DNA of 64,000 nucleotides from Planctomycetota bacterium (GTDB taxonomy: Bacteria > Planctomycetota > UBA1135): NCBI GenBank assembly GCA_045047305.1, contig JASFYO010000010.1:19591-83590 (forward strand), read 5' to 3'. The position numbers and the translations under genes are program-made. Every line of letters begins with the position of its first letter. Positions within the stretch are counted from its first letter, which is position 1. Below are positions 20,214 to 30,323 of this stretch, piece by piece. Under the pieces are notes generated by a model. That model made no database searches and was not told the origin of the DNA. It was given only the letters and a program-made list of their open reading frames with translations.

Positions 20214-22080
20214 CGGCCCTTTCAGCCAGGGCTACAGCCTGTGGGGAGCCAGGAACCGGCCAGCGCTTACGGATGACCTGCTGCTCAAAGATGCCGATGG
20301 CTGAACTGGTAATCATGTACAACGACAGGCCAGCTGCGTAGTTGTACAAAATGAGGCCGAACATAACCGGCATGAAGGCCATCATTTTCTGCATTTGTGC
20401 TTGCTGCTTATCCGCTGGCTTAGGCATGGAGCGTTGGTGCGTGACCCACAACACCACCATGATCAAAGGCAAGATGTTGAAGGTAGTGATGTTACTGAAA
20501 GGCCAGAAACCAAGCACCGGGCCGGAAAACTGGATGAGAGCATCGGGCTTAGCTAAGTCATCAATCCAAAAGAAGAATGGTTCCTGCCGAATCAGAATGG
20601 AACTGCGCAAGGCTTGAAACAGACCGACAAAGATGGGCATCTGCAGGAACATCGGCAAGCAGCCTCCAATCGGCGGAGAAAGCTTGTGCTTCTGGTACAT
20701 CTTCATGGTCTCCGCATTCTTCTTTTGCGAATCATTAGCGTACTTCTTATTAATGACTTCCAGTTGCGGCTTCACCTTGGCCATCTTGGCTTGATAAGCC
20801 GCCATTTTGACCTGGCTATGACGCATAATCGGGAACACTGCAGCCTTCACGACAATAGTCAACAGAATAATAGCCAACCCCCAATTCCCGACTAGGGTAT
20901 GGAAGAAGGACATAATCCACAAAATGATCGGCGCGATATAAGCGGTGCCAAACATACGGTAGAAAAAGGAGCGTCCGTAATCTGCGTAATGGATGACTTC
21001 TGACATTTCACCGTAAAGGCTTTCTGTCATGATGCGCGTATCCTTTGGACCGAAATACCAGCGGAACTGTTGACGCTCTGCCGTATCCGCCGCCGAAAGG
21101 TGCATGGTGAATCCGCCTGCAACCGAAGCGCGGCCCCAATACTCCGACGCAGGGTTGGTGACGACAGGTTCGCCATTGGCGTTCTCCATGTCGTTACTGA
21201 ATTGGAGGTCATCAAACAGGACCTCCGCCACAGCACCATCGAAACCGCGATCTCCAAGCGCCTCGATGCCAGAAAGGAAGTACTTCGATCCTTCTACCAC
21301 GAAAGGAATCCCAGTTGCTGTCCAGCGCTGAGCTACCGCGCGGTTTTCCCGAGGCTTCCCATTCGGAAGCATGAAGTCGACTTCATCCAGTTGGCCATAC
21401 TCGCGCAAACCAACGCCAACGTATGGGTTGGGGTAAAATTTATCCGCAGTCATGCGAATACCCCCTCCAGTAGACAACTCAAACGTGACGTCGCGACCAA
21501 TCGAAACTTGGTCATGCGGAATGACCGTGACTTCCGCATCAAAGTGATAAACCCCTGGATCGAGGCGCATTTTTTTGATGACGGTAACCGCCGCGGGACT
21601 CTCCCAAGTGAAAGTCATGGCATTATGCTCAGCATCGAAGTCCACATCCCAAGTAACCGAATCCAAGTTCTTCTTCACCCCAGTTTCCTGGTTCGAAGGA
21701 ATCAAGAAATCTGAGGACTCAAGCAGGCGGAATGCATCGCGACGGCGATAATCATTCAATCCGACACCAGGTTTTTCTTCGACCCAGTGGGCATCGTAAA
21801 CCACCAACCAGTCTTGGTCAGTGACCTCGCCTTCATGTAGATCTTTGGTGAATTGCTTCAGCAAGACCCGGCCGCAAGAAGCGCCGGTAGCACTCCATTC
21901 GGAGCGGATGAACTCGTTCTCCAACACCAACGGGTATTCCGCTGGCGCAGGCACTTCGAAGCTCTCAAGCCATTTGGCTTGCTGTTTGGTTTGTTCCGGA
22001 GTCTTGTCCGGAACACACTGCTGCATGATGAAGACCGCGACGAGTCCCCAAAGTGCAATGGTTAAGATGCGTTTTCCCAT
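20200..22080 (-). CDS. yidC: Membrane protein insertase YidC
   Basis: N-terminal TM, periplasmic domain, YFGPK, GNWGLAIILLT, GGCLPMFLQMPIF, WIDDLAKPD, AGLSLYM. Confidence 0.96.
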   Translation of the reverse strand: MGKRILTIALWGLVAVFIMQQCVPDKTPEQTKQQAKWLESFEVPAPAEYPLVLENEFIRSEWSATGASCGRVLLKQFTKDLHEGEVTDQDWLVVYDAHWVEEKPGVGLNDYRRRDAFRLLESSDFLIPSNQETGVKKNLDSVTWDVDFDAEHNAMTFTWESPAAVTVIKKMRLDPGVYHFDAEVTVIPHDQVSIGRDVTFELSTGGGIRMTADKFYPNPYVGVGLREYGQLDEVDFMLPNGKPRENRAVAQRWTATGIPFVVEGSKYFLSGIEALGDRGFDGAVAEVLFDDLQFSNDMENANGEPVVTNPASEYWGRASVAGGFTMHLSAADTAERQQFRWYFGPKDTRIMTESLYGEMSEVIHYADYGRSFFYRMFGTAYIAPIILWIMSFFHTLVGNWGLAIILLTIVVKAAVFPIMRHSQVKMAAYQAKMAKVKPQLEVINKKYANDSQKKNAETMKMYQKHKLSPPIGGCLPMFLQMPIFVGLFQALRSSILIRQEPFFFWIDDLAKPDALIQFSGPVLGFWPFSNITTFNILPLIMVVLWVTHQRSMPKPADKQQAQMQKMMAFMPVMFGLILYNYAAGLSLYMITSSAIGIFEQQVIRKRWPVPGSPQAVALAERAGAKS

Positions 22081-22111
22081 GGTGGAAAGCTATGTTGATT
22101 TCGTGATTGAC

Positions 22112-22876
22112 CTAACGGCCAACAATCAGACGTGCCGCCAAGGTGTCAGGAAGCCCAGCTTCTTGAATCCGCGTGGCAGCTTTTTGGTGATCGTATTCAA
22201 GGCGACGCCAACGCAGGCTTTCCCCATCAAAAAGGGTGTAGCACAAACGTGGGTCTCCATCGCGGGGCTGCCCCACCGAGCCAACATTGACTAAGTAGCG
22301 CTTATCCGCTTTAAGTTTTAGGGTGGCGTCGTGGCCTACCGCCTTTTCAAATTCTTGGCCTTCCTCAAACCAACCAGGATGGTGGGTATGTCCGTAAAAA
22401 GTCAAACGATGATGCGCCGCCTTGAAGTTGGCCACCACGCGCTCACTGTTCCCGGCCAAGGTTGGCATGAGGTATTCCGCAAGTGGTTCGCGCGGAGAAG
22501 CGTGCACGATTTGCATCGACTCGTAGCCATTGGGCGACAATTCCATCGACGGCACTAGAGAACCCAACCAATCCCAGATCGGCCAATGCTCTTCTTTTTC
22601 CGGATCGAGTTTTTGCCGGGTCCAATCAATCGCACGCAGGGCGCGTTCGTTGAAACCGATGGCATCTTGGTCATCAAGCAAGGCGGCATCGTGATTACCC
22701 TGGAGACAAACACTGCAGTGCTCTTGCACCAAGCGACAAACCTCATACGGCGCAGCGCCGTAGCCAATGACATCGCCTAGGCAGACGATAGTATCGACAC
22801 CCAATGACTCAATGTCATGGAGTGCCGTCTCCAACGCTTCTTGGTTGGAGTGCAGATCGGAGATGAAAGCAATCAA
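22112..22876 (-). CDS. Metallophosphoesterase (PPP/calcineurin-like)
   Basis: SDLHSN, LGDVIGYG, GNHD, HASP, GHTH, NVGSVGQPRDGDPR. Confidence 0.93.
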   Translation of the reverse strand: MIAFISDLHSNQEALETALHDIESLGVDTIVCLGDVIGYGAAPYEVCRLVQEHCSVCLQGNHDAALLDDQDAIGFNERALRAIDWTRQKLDPEKEEHWPIWDWLGSLVPSMELSPNGYESMQIVHASPREPLAEYLMPTLAGNSERVVANFKAAHHRLTFYGHTHHPGWFEEGQEFEKAVGHDATLKLKADKRYLVNVGSVGQPRDGDPRLCYTLFDGESLRWRRLEYDHQKAATRIQEAGLPDTLAARLIVGR

Positions 22877-22955
22877 GGGGTTTCACTAACCAGGGCTTCC
22901 GCCGAAGTCAGATGGGCAGTATTCTCGTTCCCCTGTCTACTTGTCGCAACCCGTC

Positions 22956-23921
22956 ATGAAACTAACTCGCCCATCTTTACTTTTTTGCCTTATTTCGGCC
23001 CTCACAAGCCCAATTTTCGCCCAAGACGAGAAGCCCAAGCCCCCGTTGCCGGCCGATGTCGCCGCCATCGTCGACGGCGAGCCCATTTTGCAGGCGGAAT
23101 ATGAGCATTTCCTATATCAGAGTTTTGGCAAACGCCCGCTACATCAGTTGATTGATCAGCGCCTGGTCCTCGCTGCCGGCAAGCTCTACGGCATTCAGAT
23201 CTCCGCCGAGGCGCAGCAGACCATTTTCGAGGAACGTTTGCTCCAAGCCCACCAAGGGCGCAGCGAAGAGCAGTTTCTGATTTCTCTAAGCGATGGTGGA
23301 CTCAGCATCGAACTATTTGAATCGAATACGCGGCTTGAAATTGTGCAAGAACTCACTTTGGATGCATTGGTGCGCCAAACCCGGGTCCCCACCGATGTGC
23401 GCCTGAACAAAGCCTTCGAGGCTCAATACGGAGCTGGCGGAGTCAAGGTTGAAGTGAGCCATATCCTGGTCATGCCTCACTTCCTCCGCGCCAACCTCAT
23501 CAAAGCAGGAGCCGATGCGCGCAGCATTGACAATGCCAAGATGAAAATTGATGCTGAACGCCTTGCAGGTGAATGCCACGACAAGCTGGTTGCAGGTGCG
23601 GATTTCAAAACCATGGTTGCCGAATATTCACACGACCAAGTTTCCCTGCGGTCGGATGGTCTGTTGCCGAGTTATCGCCCGGGCCTTTATGGACCAGAAT
23701 TCACCCAAGCAGTGGCTAGCCTAGAGCCGGGAGAGTTTTCCAAAGTGATTGAATCCGGTGCTGGATTTCACGTAGTCAAACTGATTTCTCGTCAGGTGAC
23801 CAAGTTTGAGCAGGTGCGTTCTGCCCTCATCGAAAAAGTCATGACCGCCGCTCCAACTTGGCAGGAGCGGGAAGAAGTACTGACCTCGCTACGTGCCGCT
23901 GCGGATATCCAACTTTGGTAG
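22956..23921 (+). CDS. Exported parvulin-type peptidyl-prolyl isomerase (PrsA/SurA-like)
   Basis: Signal peptide ...IFA|QDE; VAAIVDGEPI; VSHILV; GADF-A-YSHD-G-L; S-VIESGAGFHVVKL. Confidence 0.88.
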   Translation: MKLTRPSLLFCLISALTSPIFAQDEKPKPPLPADVAAIVDGEPILQAEYEHFLYQSFGKRPLHQLIDQRLVLAAGKLYGIQISAEAQQTIFEERLLQAHQGRSEEQFLISLSDGGLSIELFESNTRLEIVQELTLDALVRQTRVPTDVRLNKAFEAQYGAGGVKVEVSHILVMPHFLRANLIKAGADARSIDNAKMKIDAERLAGECHDKLVAGADFKTMVAEYSHDQVSLRSDGLLPSYRPGLYGPEFTQAVASLEPGEFSKVIESGAGFHVVKLISRQVTKFEQVRSALIEKVMTAAPTWQEREEVLTSLRAAADIQLW

Positions 23922-23967
23922 TCCAAGCAGCAAACCGACGGGTGCCTGCAGGCTCCTTCCGGAATGG

Positions 23968-24573
23968 CTAAACCGGGCCCAGTAGCCCGAATTCACGCAT
24001 CAAGGCGACCACCGGCTGAGGCAGACAAGGCGGCACTAAGCCTTGATTCAAGGCAGCGCGTACTTCGGTAGAGCTAGCCGGCACTTCTTTCATGGGGAGA
24101 AACTGGGCACGAAAAAACTCGGCCAAGGGCGTAGGCAAAGCATGCGTAAAAGGAGCTAGTTTTTCCACCCCCCAACCAATTCGCGGTACAAATAAGAATT
24201 GCACGCGCTGGAAAAGTTCTGCCAAATCGCGCCAAGTGGACAGATGAGACAAAGAGTCGCCACCGAGCAGGAAGTAAAGGTCGACGCCTGGATACTGCGC
24301 CTCCAACTCGCGCAAAGTATCTACGGTGTAGGACAACCCTTCGCGCTCCAGCTCCATGGTGCAGACTTCCTCACCAGGGCGTTCATCCACCACTGCATGT
24401 AAAAAGGCAACGCGTTGGGAGGCATCGGCCGGAGGGTAATCGGGCTTATGTGGAGCCTGACGAGAAGGAATCCACAAGATCTTCTGCGGCTGCAACACCT
24501 TCTGCGCAGCATCGGCCATCGCAATGTGACCGTCGTGCACAGGGTCAAAAGAGCCGCCGAAGACAATCAACAT
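23968..24573 (-). CDS. nadD: Nicotinate-nucleotide adenylyltransferase
   Basis: FGGSFDPVHDGH, PHK, SYTVDTL, LLGGDSL, W, SSTEVR. Confidence 0.96.
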   Translation of the reverse strand: MLIVFGGSFDPVHDGHIAMADAAQKVLQPQKILWIPSRQAPHKPDYPPADASQRVAFLHAVVDERPGEEVCTMELEREGLSYTVDTLRELEAQYPGVDLYFLLGGDSLSHLSTWRDLAELFQRVQFLFVPRIGWGVEKLAPFTHALPTPLAEFFRAQFLPMKEVPASSTEVRAALNQGLVPPCLPQPVVALMREFGLLGPV

Positions 24574-24575
24574 GC

Positions 24576-25910
24576 TTACACTCCGAGGGCTTCTTGCAGT
24601 ACGGCGAGCACCGCATCCTGCTCCACTTTGCGCTCGTGCTTTGCCACCAAATCCTTCATCACGATTTGATGTGCCTCGCGTTCATCCGCACCAAGCACCA
24701 GGGCAAATCCTGCGCCACTCTTCGAGGCTTCCTTAAACTGCGCCTTAGGTGATTTACCACGGTGATCCATTTCTACCCGAATCCCAGCCTGGCGCAAATC
24801 CGTCACGATTCGGAATAATTCCAAACGGTCTTCCTCAGCGATGCCGATGGCATAAACCTGTGGTAACAAATCGGTTTCCAAATCGAGTAAATCTTTGGCG
24901 TGCGGCAATCCGAGCTCTTTCAACGCCAGTTCGGTTGGCGTAAAGCCAACCGAGAATCCAACACCTGGAGTCGGCTTACCGCCCATTTCCTCGACTAAAC
25001 CGTCGTAGCGTCCACCACCGCATAAGGCCGAACGTGCTCCAAGCGGAGGATAATGCACCTCAAATACGGTACGCGAATAGTAATCCAAGCCACGCACAAT
25101 GCTGCGGTCTTCCACTGGCTCAAAGCCAATCGCACGCAAAGAATTGCCAAAGTCCTCATGGTGCTGCTTAGCTTCGGCGCCCATCACCGAAAATAAATCT
25201 GGAGCACCGGCGTTCCGTTCGACACAACGTGGCACCTTGCAATCCAATAGGCGGAAGACATTGCGCGCATAACGGGTTACGCAATCATTGCAGCGGTCGC
25301 TAGTTTCGCCCATAAATTGGTCGGCGAAAAATGCGCGCAATTGGTCACTCCAAACAGCGCGATCTTGCGCATCGCCCATCGAATTCACCCGCACCTCAAG
25401 CTGCTCATCGAACCCTAGCGCGCGGAAAAATTGCAGCGCGATGCCGACCACCTCGGCATCCAATGTTGGGCTTTGCGGGCCAAAGGCCTCGACTCCAAAC
25501 TGGGTGAACTGACGCTCACGCCCTTTCTGCGGGCGTTCATAGCGGAACATGGGACCAATATAGAACCACTTTTGCAGCGGCGCGCTCTTGGCGAATCCAC
25601 CTTGAATATAGGCCCGAGCAATGCTGGCGGTATTCTCGGGGCGAAATGTGTAGCCGTCGGCCAAATTCAGCTCAGCTCCAGGAGCGCCTCGTTTGGGCAC
25701 GCTGAACATCTCCTTAGCCACCACATCTGAGGTTTCGCCCAAAGAACGCTGAAAAAGGCGGGTTTCCTCAAATAAGGGGGTGCGAATTTCGCGATATGAG
25801 GCAGCCGACGCCACCTTTTGCGCTACACGCTCCAAATGCCGCACAAGAACTAGGTCCTGAGGCAGCAAATCGCGGGTACCACGGGCGTTACGGAAGGGCT
25901 CGGCGCTCAT
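24576..25910 (-). CDS. hisS: Histidine--tRNA ligase
   Basis: RGTRDLLP, RPENTAS, PMFRYERPQKGRERQFTQFGVE, VRGLDYY, GGGRYDGL; start placed at MSAEPF. Confidence 0.97.
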   Translation of the reverse strand: MSAEPFRNARGTRDLLPQDLVLVRHLERVAQKVASAASYREIRTPLFEETRLFQRSLGETSDVVAKEMFSVPKRGAPGAELNLADGYTFRPENTASIARAYIQGGFAKSAPLQKWFYIGPMFRYERPQKGRERQFTQFGVEAFGPQSPTLDAEVVGIALQFFRALGFDEQLEVRVNSMGDAQDRAVWSDQLRAFFADQFMGETSDRCNDCVTRYARNVFRLLDCKVPRCVERNAGAPDLFSVMGAEAKQHHEDFGNSLRAIGFEPVEDRSIVRGLDYYSRTVFEVHYPPLGARSALCGGGRYDGLVEEMGGKPTPGVGFSVGFTPTELALKELGLPHAKDLLDLETDLLPQVYAIGIAEEDRLELFRIVTDLRQAGIRVEMDHRGKSPKAQFKEASKSGAGFALVLGADEREAHQIVMKDLVAKHERKVEQDAVLAVLQEALGV

Positions 25911-25941
25911 AATCAGATGCAAGGATAACGCCTCCCGGCGA

Positions 25942-25970
25942 TTGACGAGACTTCCCGCCCCTCCTAACCT
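25942..25970 (+). promoter_or_regulatory. Sigma70-type promoter for the lipoprotein gene at 26004
   Basis: TTGACG-17 bp-TAACCT. Confidence 0.6.
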
Positions 25971-26003
25971 TATGCCGTCCCGTTTCCTACCCGGAACCCG
26001 AAC

Positions 26004-26381
26004 ATGTCCCGCACTCTGACCGCACTTCTCGTACTCCTCGGCCTAGGCCTAGGTTCTTGCTCCAGTAGCCCTTCTTCTACGGAGCTTGGTATCAATCCAG
26101 ATGTCGATACCAGTCATTTCAATCCACGCCCACGCGGTATGCATGGAAGTGGCGTTGCCTTCGATAAGTACTTCCTTGCAAGTGAAGAAATTGGGCCTGC
26201 CCACCGTGACACCTGGTACCACGTCTTTACTCCATGGAATTGGGGCAAGCAGTCATCCTTCGGCAATGTTACCAAGCGTACCAACCGCTCACGCACAAGC
26301 TCAATTGAGCGTGATAATGGTTTCTATGAGTTCTATAGCTGGGCGATGAACGAAAACGCCAACGACCCCTACAACGACTAA
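26004..26381 (+). CDS. Hypothetical lipoprotein
   Basis: Signal peptide with lipobox LGLGS-C; has its own promoter and terminator. Confidence 0.75.
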   Translation: MSRTLTALLVLLGLGLGSCSSSPSSTELGINPDVDTSHFNPRPRGMHGSGVAFDKYFLASEEIGPAHRDTWYHVFTPWNWGKQSSFGNVTKRTNRSRTSSIERDNGFYEFYSWAMNENANDPYND

Positions 26382-26400
26382 GCTCCCAGCCTTCTTGGAT

Positions 26401-26430
26401 AAACCCCGCAGCTTCTGCTGTGGGGTTTTC
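26401..26430 (+). terminator. Intrinsic terminator (possibly bidirectional)
   Basis: AAACCCCGCAGC-TTCT-GCTGTGGGGTTT hairpin with a short T tail. Confidence 0.75.
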
Positions 26431-26460
26431 TCATGGGCAAGCTGCGGATAGTGTCGGGGT

Positions 26461-27129
26461 ATGCGTTTTACTCTCCTTACCATCCTCGTGCTAGGCCTTA
26501 GCTTTGCCTGCCTTCCGGATTTCTCAGCCAATGTTTCCGCGCAAGAACCAGAATCATCCGATTCTTCTGCAGGCCAAGATCTTTCTGTTGAGATTGCCAC
26601 CCTCAAGCGCGATTTGTCGGTTGCGCGGTTACGCATGGAAAACTTACTTAGCGAGCAAGAACTTACACGGCTTCAAACCGAAATCGCACATAGCGATGCA
26701 GTTTCTGACTTGCAAGAGTACAACGTCTATGCGAGGGAAGCATCGGTACAGCAAGCGGAACTGGATTTGCAATATTCCAAGGATGAGTTAGCGGATGCCG
26801 AGGAGGAATTACGCCAACTTGGCATGATGTACGACAGAAATAACCTTGCTGATTCCACAGCACAGATTGTCATGGAACGCGGGAATCGTGGAATCGAACG
26901 TCAGCGCAAAGCTTTAGAACTTGCTACCAAGGAGCACGCAAACTGGATTCAATATGGTCTCCCTCGAGAACTCGCTGAGAAAAAAAATGCCGAGATCGTA
27001 GCAACGGCAGAATTGAACCTCATGTTTCTCGCGCAAACTTTGGCGCTGAAGGAGATGGAAAATACCATTTCTGACTTAGAGAAAAGCATCAAGAAACTGG
27101 AATCCGAATCGGTGGAGTCGGGAGATTGA
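26461..27129 (+). CDS. Exported coiled-coil hypothetical protein
   Basis: Signal peptide ...VSA|QEP; heptad-rich helical sequence. Confidence 0.75.
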   Translation: MRFTLLTILVLGLSFACLPDFSANVSAQEPESSDSSAGQDLSVEIATLKRDLSVARLRMENLLSEQELTRLQTEIAHSDAVSDLQEYNVYAREASVQQAELDLQYSKDELADAEEELRQLGMMYDRNNLADSTAQIVMERGNRGIERQRKALELATKEHANWIQYGLPRELAEKKNAEIVATAELNLMFLAQTLALKEMENTISDLEKSIKKLESESVESGD

Positions 27130-28265
27130 TTGCCATCATCTTGACTCTGGCGCAAGCGGTAACCCTGGCACCAGCGACCAATGAAGCCATCGTCACAGCC
27201 AGAAAAGTAATTGTAGACGGCGCCGGTTTTCTCATCGAAACACAAAACGCCAATGGCTCTTGGGGCGGACCACAGACGCCAATGATTTACGATCGATACT
27301 GGAGTAATCCGGAAACCCATCGTTCTTGGCAGATTGCCACCACCGGTCTAGCAGTGATGGCTCTCATCGACCTACCCGAAGATGCCAATGCACGCGCTGC
27401 CGTGGATCATGGTATCGACTACATCACCAGTGGGAGCAAACTAAAGCGTCCAAACGGATGGGATAGCGACAACACTTGGGGTTATGTGTATGGATTGGCG
27501 GCCATGGTCAAGGCCGCTCAGGACCAGCGTTTAGGTCAAGGAACACGACACATTGCGATTGCGGTAAAAGGCAAAGAATTCCTTCAGCAGATTTGGGACT
27601 ACCAAGCTCCGAATGGCGGTTGGGCCTACTACGCTATGGATACCGGGGCAGCGCGTCCGAGCTGGGGCACCTCGTTTATGACGGGAGTTGCAGTCCTTGC
27701 GATCCTCGATGCCAAGGCGCTCGGTTGGGAAATTGAGGAGAAGCGACTTACGGCTGGCATTCGCGCCATCGTCCATTGCCGGCTTCCAGATGGCTCCTAC
27801 ACCTACGACGTCAACCCAATTTCAGCCTGGGATGCGGGCACTGGCATTGACCGAGTGCGTGGTTCTCTATCCCGTATCCAGGTGTGTAATCTTGCTTTAG
27901 CACGCGCCAAGGATGCAGGTTATGAAACACCAATCACCGAAGCGGATCTCCAAGAAGGGCTAAGTTTATTGTTCCGCGAACATCACTACCTAGACATCGC
28001 CCGCGGACGTCCTTATCCGCATGAAGCTTTCCACTATAACTCAGGATACTTCTACCACTTTGGCCATTATTACGCGGGTTATGTACTACAAAGGTTGGGG
28101 CCGAAGGCTTGGGATCAACTTCTCCCTCCCTTGGTGCATGCAATTGCCAAAACCCAAAGCCAAGACGGAGCCATGATCGACTTCTTCATGAACGATTATG
28201 GGCGTCCATACAGCACCGCATTTGGAATAGGCGGACTTATCCGCGCCACAACATTGGCGCCTTAA
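27126..28265 (+). CDS. Exported prenyltransferase/squalene-oxidase-repeat (alpha/alpha toroid) protein
   Basis: Repeats LIETQNANGSW, YQAPNGGWAY, CRLPDGSYTY, KTQSQDGAM; TTG start overlapping the previous stop. Confidence 0.8.
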   Translation: MIAIILTLAQAVTLAPATNEAIVTARKVIVDGAGFLIETQNANGSWGGPQTPMIYDRYWSNPETHRSWQIATTGLAVMALIDLPEDANARAAVDHGIDYITSGSKLKRPNGWDSDNTWGYVYGLAAMVKAAQDQRLGQGTRHIAIAVKGKEFLQQIWDYQAPNGGWAYYAMDTGAARPSWGTSFMTGVAVLAILDAKALGWEIEEKRLTAGIRAIVHCRLPDGSYTYDVNPISAWDAGTGIDRVRGSLSRIQVCNLALARAKDAGYETPITEADLQEGLSLLFREHHYLDIARGRPYPHEAFHYNSGYFYHFGHYYAGYVLQRLGPKAWDQLLPPLVHAIAKTQSQDGAMIDFFMNDYGRPYSTAFGIGGLIRATTLAP

Positions 28266-29169
28266 GGTCTCCACGCCAAACCACCTGTTGCTGCGGTAAT
28301 TTCTTGAGCTGAAAATGCGGGATTAAGTCTTCGGCTTGACAAGGAGTCGCATCCATTTGCAGGCCGCAACTCCAAGCGAGCCAACCAAGAATGGCCGCGG
28401 ACGCAACACCTTGGGCGCGAAAGGCGCGCAAACTGGTATCACCGTGTCGTTTGGCTAGGCGCCGCCCATCCTCCCCCACGACCAGGGGTAGATGGGTAAA
28501 GGTAGGCATGGAATACCCCAATGCCGCTCCTAGCTGAATCTGACGCGCGGCAGAGCTCAGCAAATCATCTCCGCGCAAGACCTCTGTGACCCCCATGGCG
28601 ACGTCATCCACCACCACCGCTAGTTGATAAGCCGCTTGCCCATCACGTTTAAAAATAACGAAGTCGCCAAGTTCTTGTTGCACATGCATCTTGCATGTGC
28701 CGCGAAACCCATCCTGGAAGCTCATGTTTCCGTCGGTCACCAAAAAACGGAAAGCGGCATTCTCGGTCTCAGCGGAAAGGTTTTTATCGCGGCAAGTCCC
28801 AGGGTAAATCGGGCCTTCTTCTCCGCTATGCGGCGCCGATGCAGCTAACTCCACTTCCTTGCGTGAGCAGGTGCAGGCATAAGCTAGTCCTCGCTGCAAA
28901 AGCTTGCGCAGAGCCTCAGCATAGGATTCCTGACGCTCACTCTGCCGCACAATCGGTCCATCCCAATCCAAGCCTAGCCACTCTAAATCAGCTAAGCATT
29001 CCAGCTCTGCACCTGCTCGAATCCGCGGCCCATCTAGATCTTCGATGCGCATCAAGAGTCGTCCATCCTGCGAACGCACCGATAACCACGCCAACAAGAA
29101 ACTGCGTGCATTGCCTAAATGCAGTACACCGGTTGGACTTGGCGCCAAACGCCCCACGACCTCACTCAT
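28237..29169 (-). CDS. gluQ: tRNA glutamyl-Q(34) synthetase GluQRS
   Basis: GRLAPSPTGVLHLGN, RIEDLD, YACTCSRKE, YPGTCR, YQLAVVVDD, RGDDLL, RLAKRHG; about 310 aa, no anticodon domain. Confidence 0.93.
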   Translation of the reverse strand: MSEVVGRLAPSPTGVLHLGNARSFLLAWLSVRSQDGRLLMRIEDLDGPRIRAGAELECLADLEWLGLDWDGPIVRQSERQESYAEALRKLLQRGLAYACTCSRKEVELAASAPHSGEEGPIYPGTCRDKNLSAETENAAFRFLVTDGNMSFQDGFRGTCKMHVQQELGDFVIFKRDGQAAYQLAVVVDDVAMGVTEVLRGDDLLSSAARQIQLGAALGYSMPTFTHLPLVVGEDGRRLAKRHGDTSLRAFRAQGVASAAILGWLAWSCGLQMDATPCQAEDLIPHFQLKKLPQQQVVWRGDLKAPMLWRG

Positions 29170-30311
29170 GAATCCGAGGTCCACTCCAACAGGAATTCTC
29201 GGGGAGTTTTCCCCTCGGAGGCAGCACGTTGCACCAAGCTTTCGAACTCTGGTTTAAGATTTTGCATCGCCTCTCCCTCCACGGCTGCGGCGCACTTCCA
29301 TGGCAAGCCTTCCTTCTCCTCTACCCCACGTAGCTGACGCGAACGCTGCAAAACAGTCGCACGAATACCTAAGGTTCCAAGCAGGCGAAACATGCGTTGT
29401 TCCATTTTGCTTTGTTGCACAGCATCAACTTGCACGATGACTTCAAATGCTGGGCGCCCCTTCTTGGTTGCAGCCGGTAGAACATAAGCCTCCTTGGCTC
29501 CTAACGAACGAAGGTCCTCCAAGGCATGCCCCACGATTTCCCCTGATTGGTCATCCACCAAACTGCGCAATTCCACCACACATTCTTGCTCCAAAGCGGC
29601 AGTCTCTAACTCCACGCGCAGAACATTGGGGTAATCCTCTGGGTCACGAGTACCTAATCCATAACCGACGCCTGCGCAAACCGCTGCACCGCGGGTGGAG
29701 CAATCTACCTCCCAGGCGCGGAGTAAAGCGACTCCGGTTGGGGTTGCACATTCTCCTTCTAAATCAAAACCACAGCTGGGATATCCTTCTAAAAGATAGC
29801 GCGTTGCGGGTGCGGGGATTGGCATCGCGCCGTGGGCACAGTGCACGGTTCCATGACCGACCGGAATGGGCGAGCAGAAGATCTCGGAGGGATCTAGCGC
29901 ATCCATTAATGCACAGGCTCCGGAAATATCCAAGATAGCGTCCATGGCCCCGACTTCGTGGAAGTGCACTTCTTGCGCAGAGCAGTTGTGCGCCTTGCCC
30001 TCGGCCTCAGCAAGCGCTTGGAAGGCTGCAACTGCCCACCGATGCGCACGTTGCGTGAGCGGTAACTGCTGCAGGATTGGAAGGACATCGGCGAGGTGTC
30101 GATGTCTATGTCCTTCCGTAATTTGCACGGAAAAGTAGTGCCCAGAAATACCACGCCGAACCTGCTTCTCCCAGGAAGCTTGCACTTCCTCAGCGGGTAA
30201 GGCTCCGAGTATAGCCTGCAATGATTCAGGGGGTGCACCGGCATCCAACAAGCCGGCAATCAACATATCGCCGGCAACACCACCAAAGAGGTTGAGGTAT
30301 ATGCGCATCAT
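29166..30311 (-). CDS. larC: Nickel-pincer cofactor biosynthesis protein LarC (nickel insertase)
   Basis: GVAGDMLIAGLLDAG, HRHRH, LAEAEGKAH, VHFHEVGAMDAILDI, CAHG-PIPAPAT, TPTGVALL, KKGRP, TLGIR. Confidence 0.9.
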   Translation of the reverse strand: MMRIYLNLFGGVAGDMLIAGLLDAGAPPESLQAILGALPAEEVQASWEKQVRRGISGHYFSVQITEGHRHRHLADVLPILQQLPLTQRAHRWAVAAFQALAEAEGKAHNCSAQEVHFHEVGAMDAILDISGACALMDALDPSEIFCSPIPVGHGTVHCAHGAMPIPAPATRYLLEGYPSCGFDLEGECATPTGVALLRAWEVDCSTRGAAVCAGVGYGLGTRDPEDYPNVLRVELETAALEQECVVELRSLVDDQSGEIVGHALEDLRSLGAKEAYVLPAATKKGRPAFEVIVQVDAVQQSKMEQRMFRLLGTLGIRATVLQRSRQLRGVEEKEGLPWKCAAAVEGEAMQNLKPEFESLVQRAASEGKTPREFLLEWTSDS

Positions 30312-30323
30312 CTACGATTCTAC

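Noticed and set aside
27126..28265. Squalene-hopene cyclase call
   Set aside because: Too short, a single toroid domain, apparently exported, and no DXDD catalytic motif recognised.
28237..29169. gltX (glutamyl-tRNA synthetase) call
   Set aside because: It lacks the C-terminal anticodon-binding domain; size and motifs fit GluQRS.
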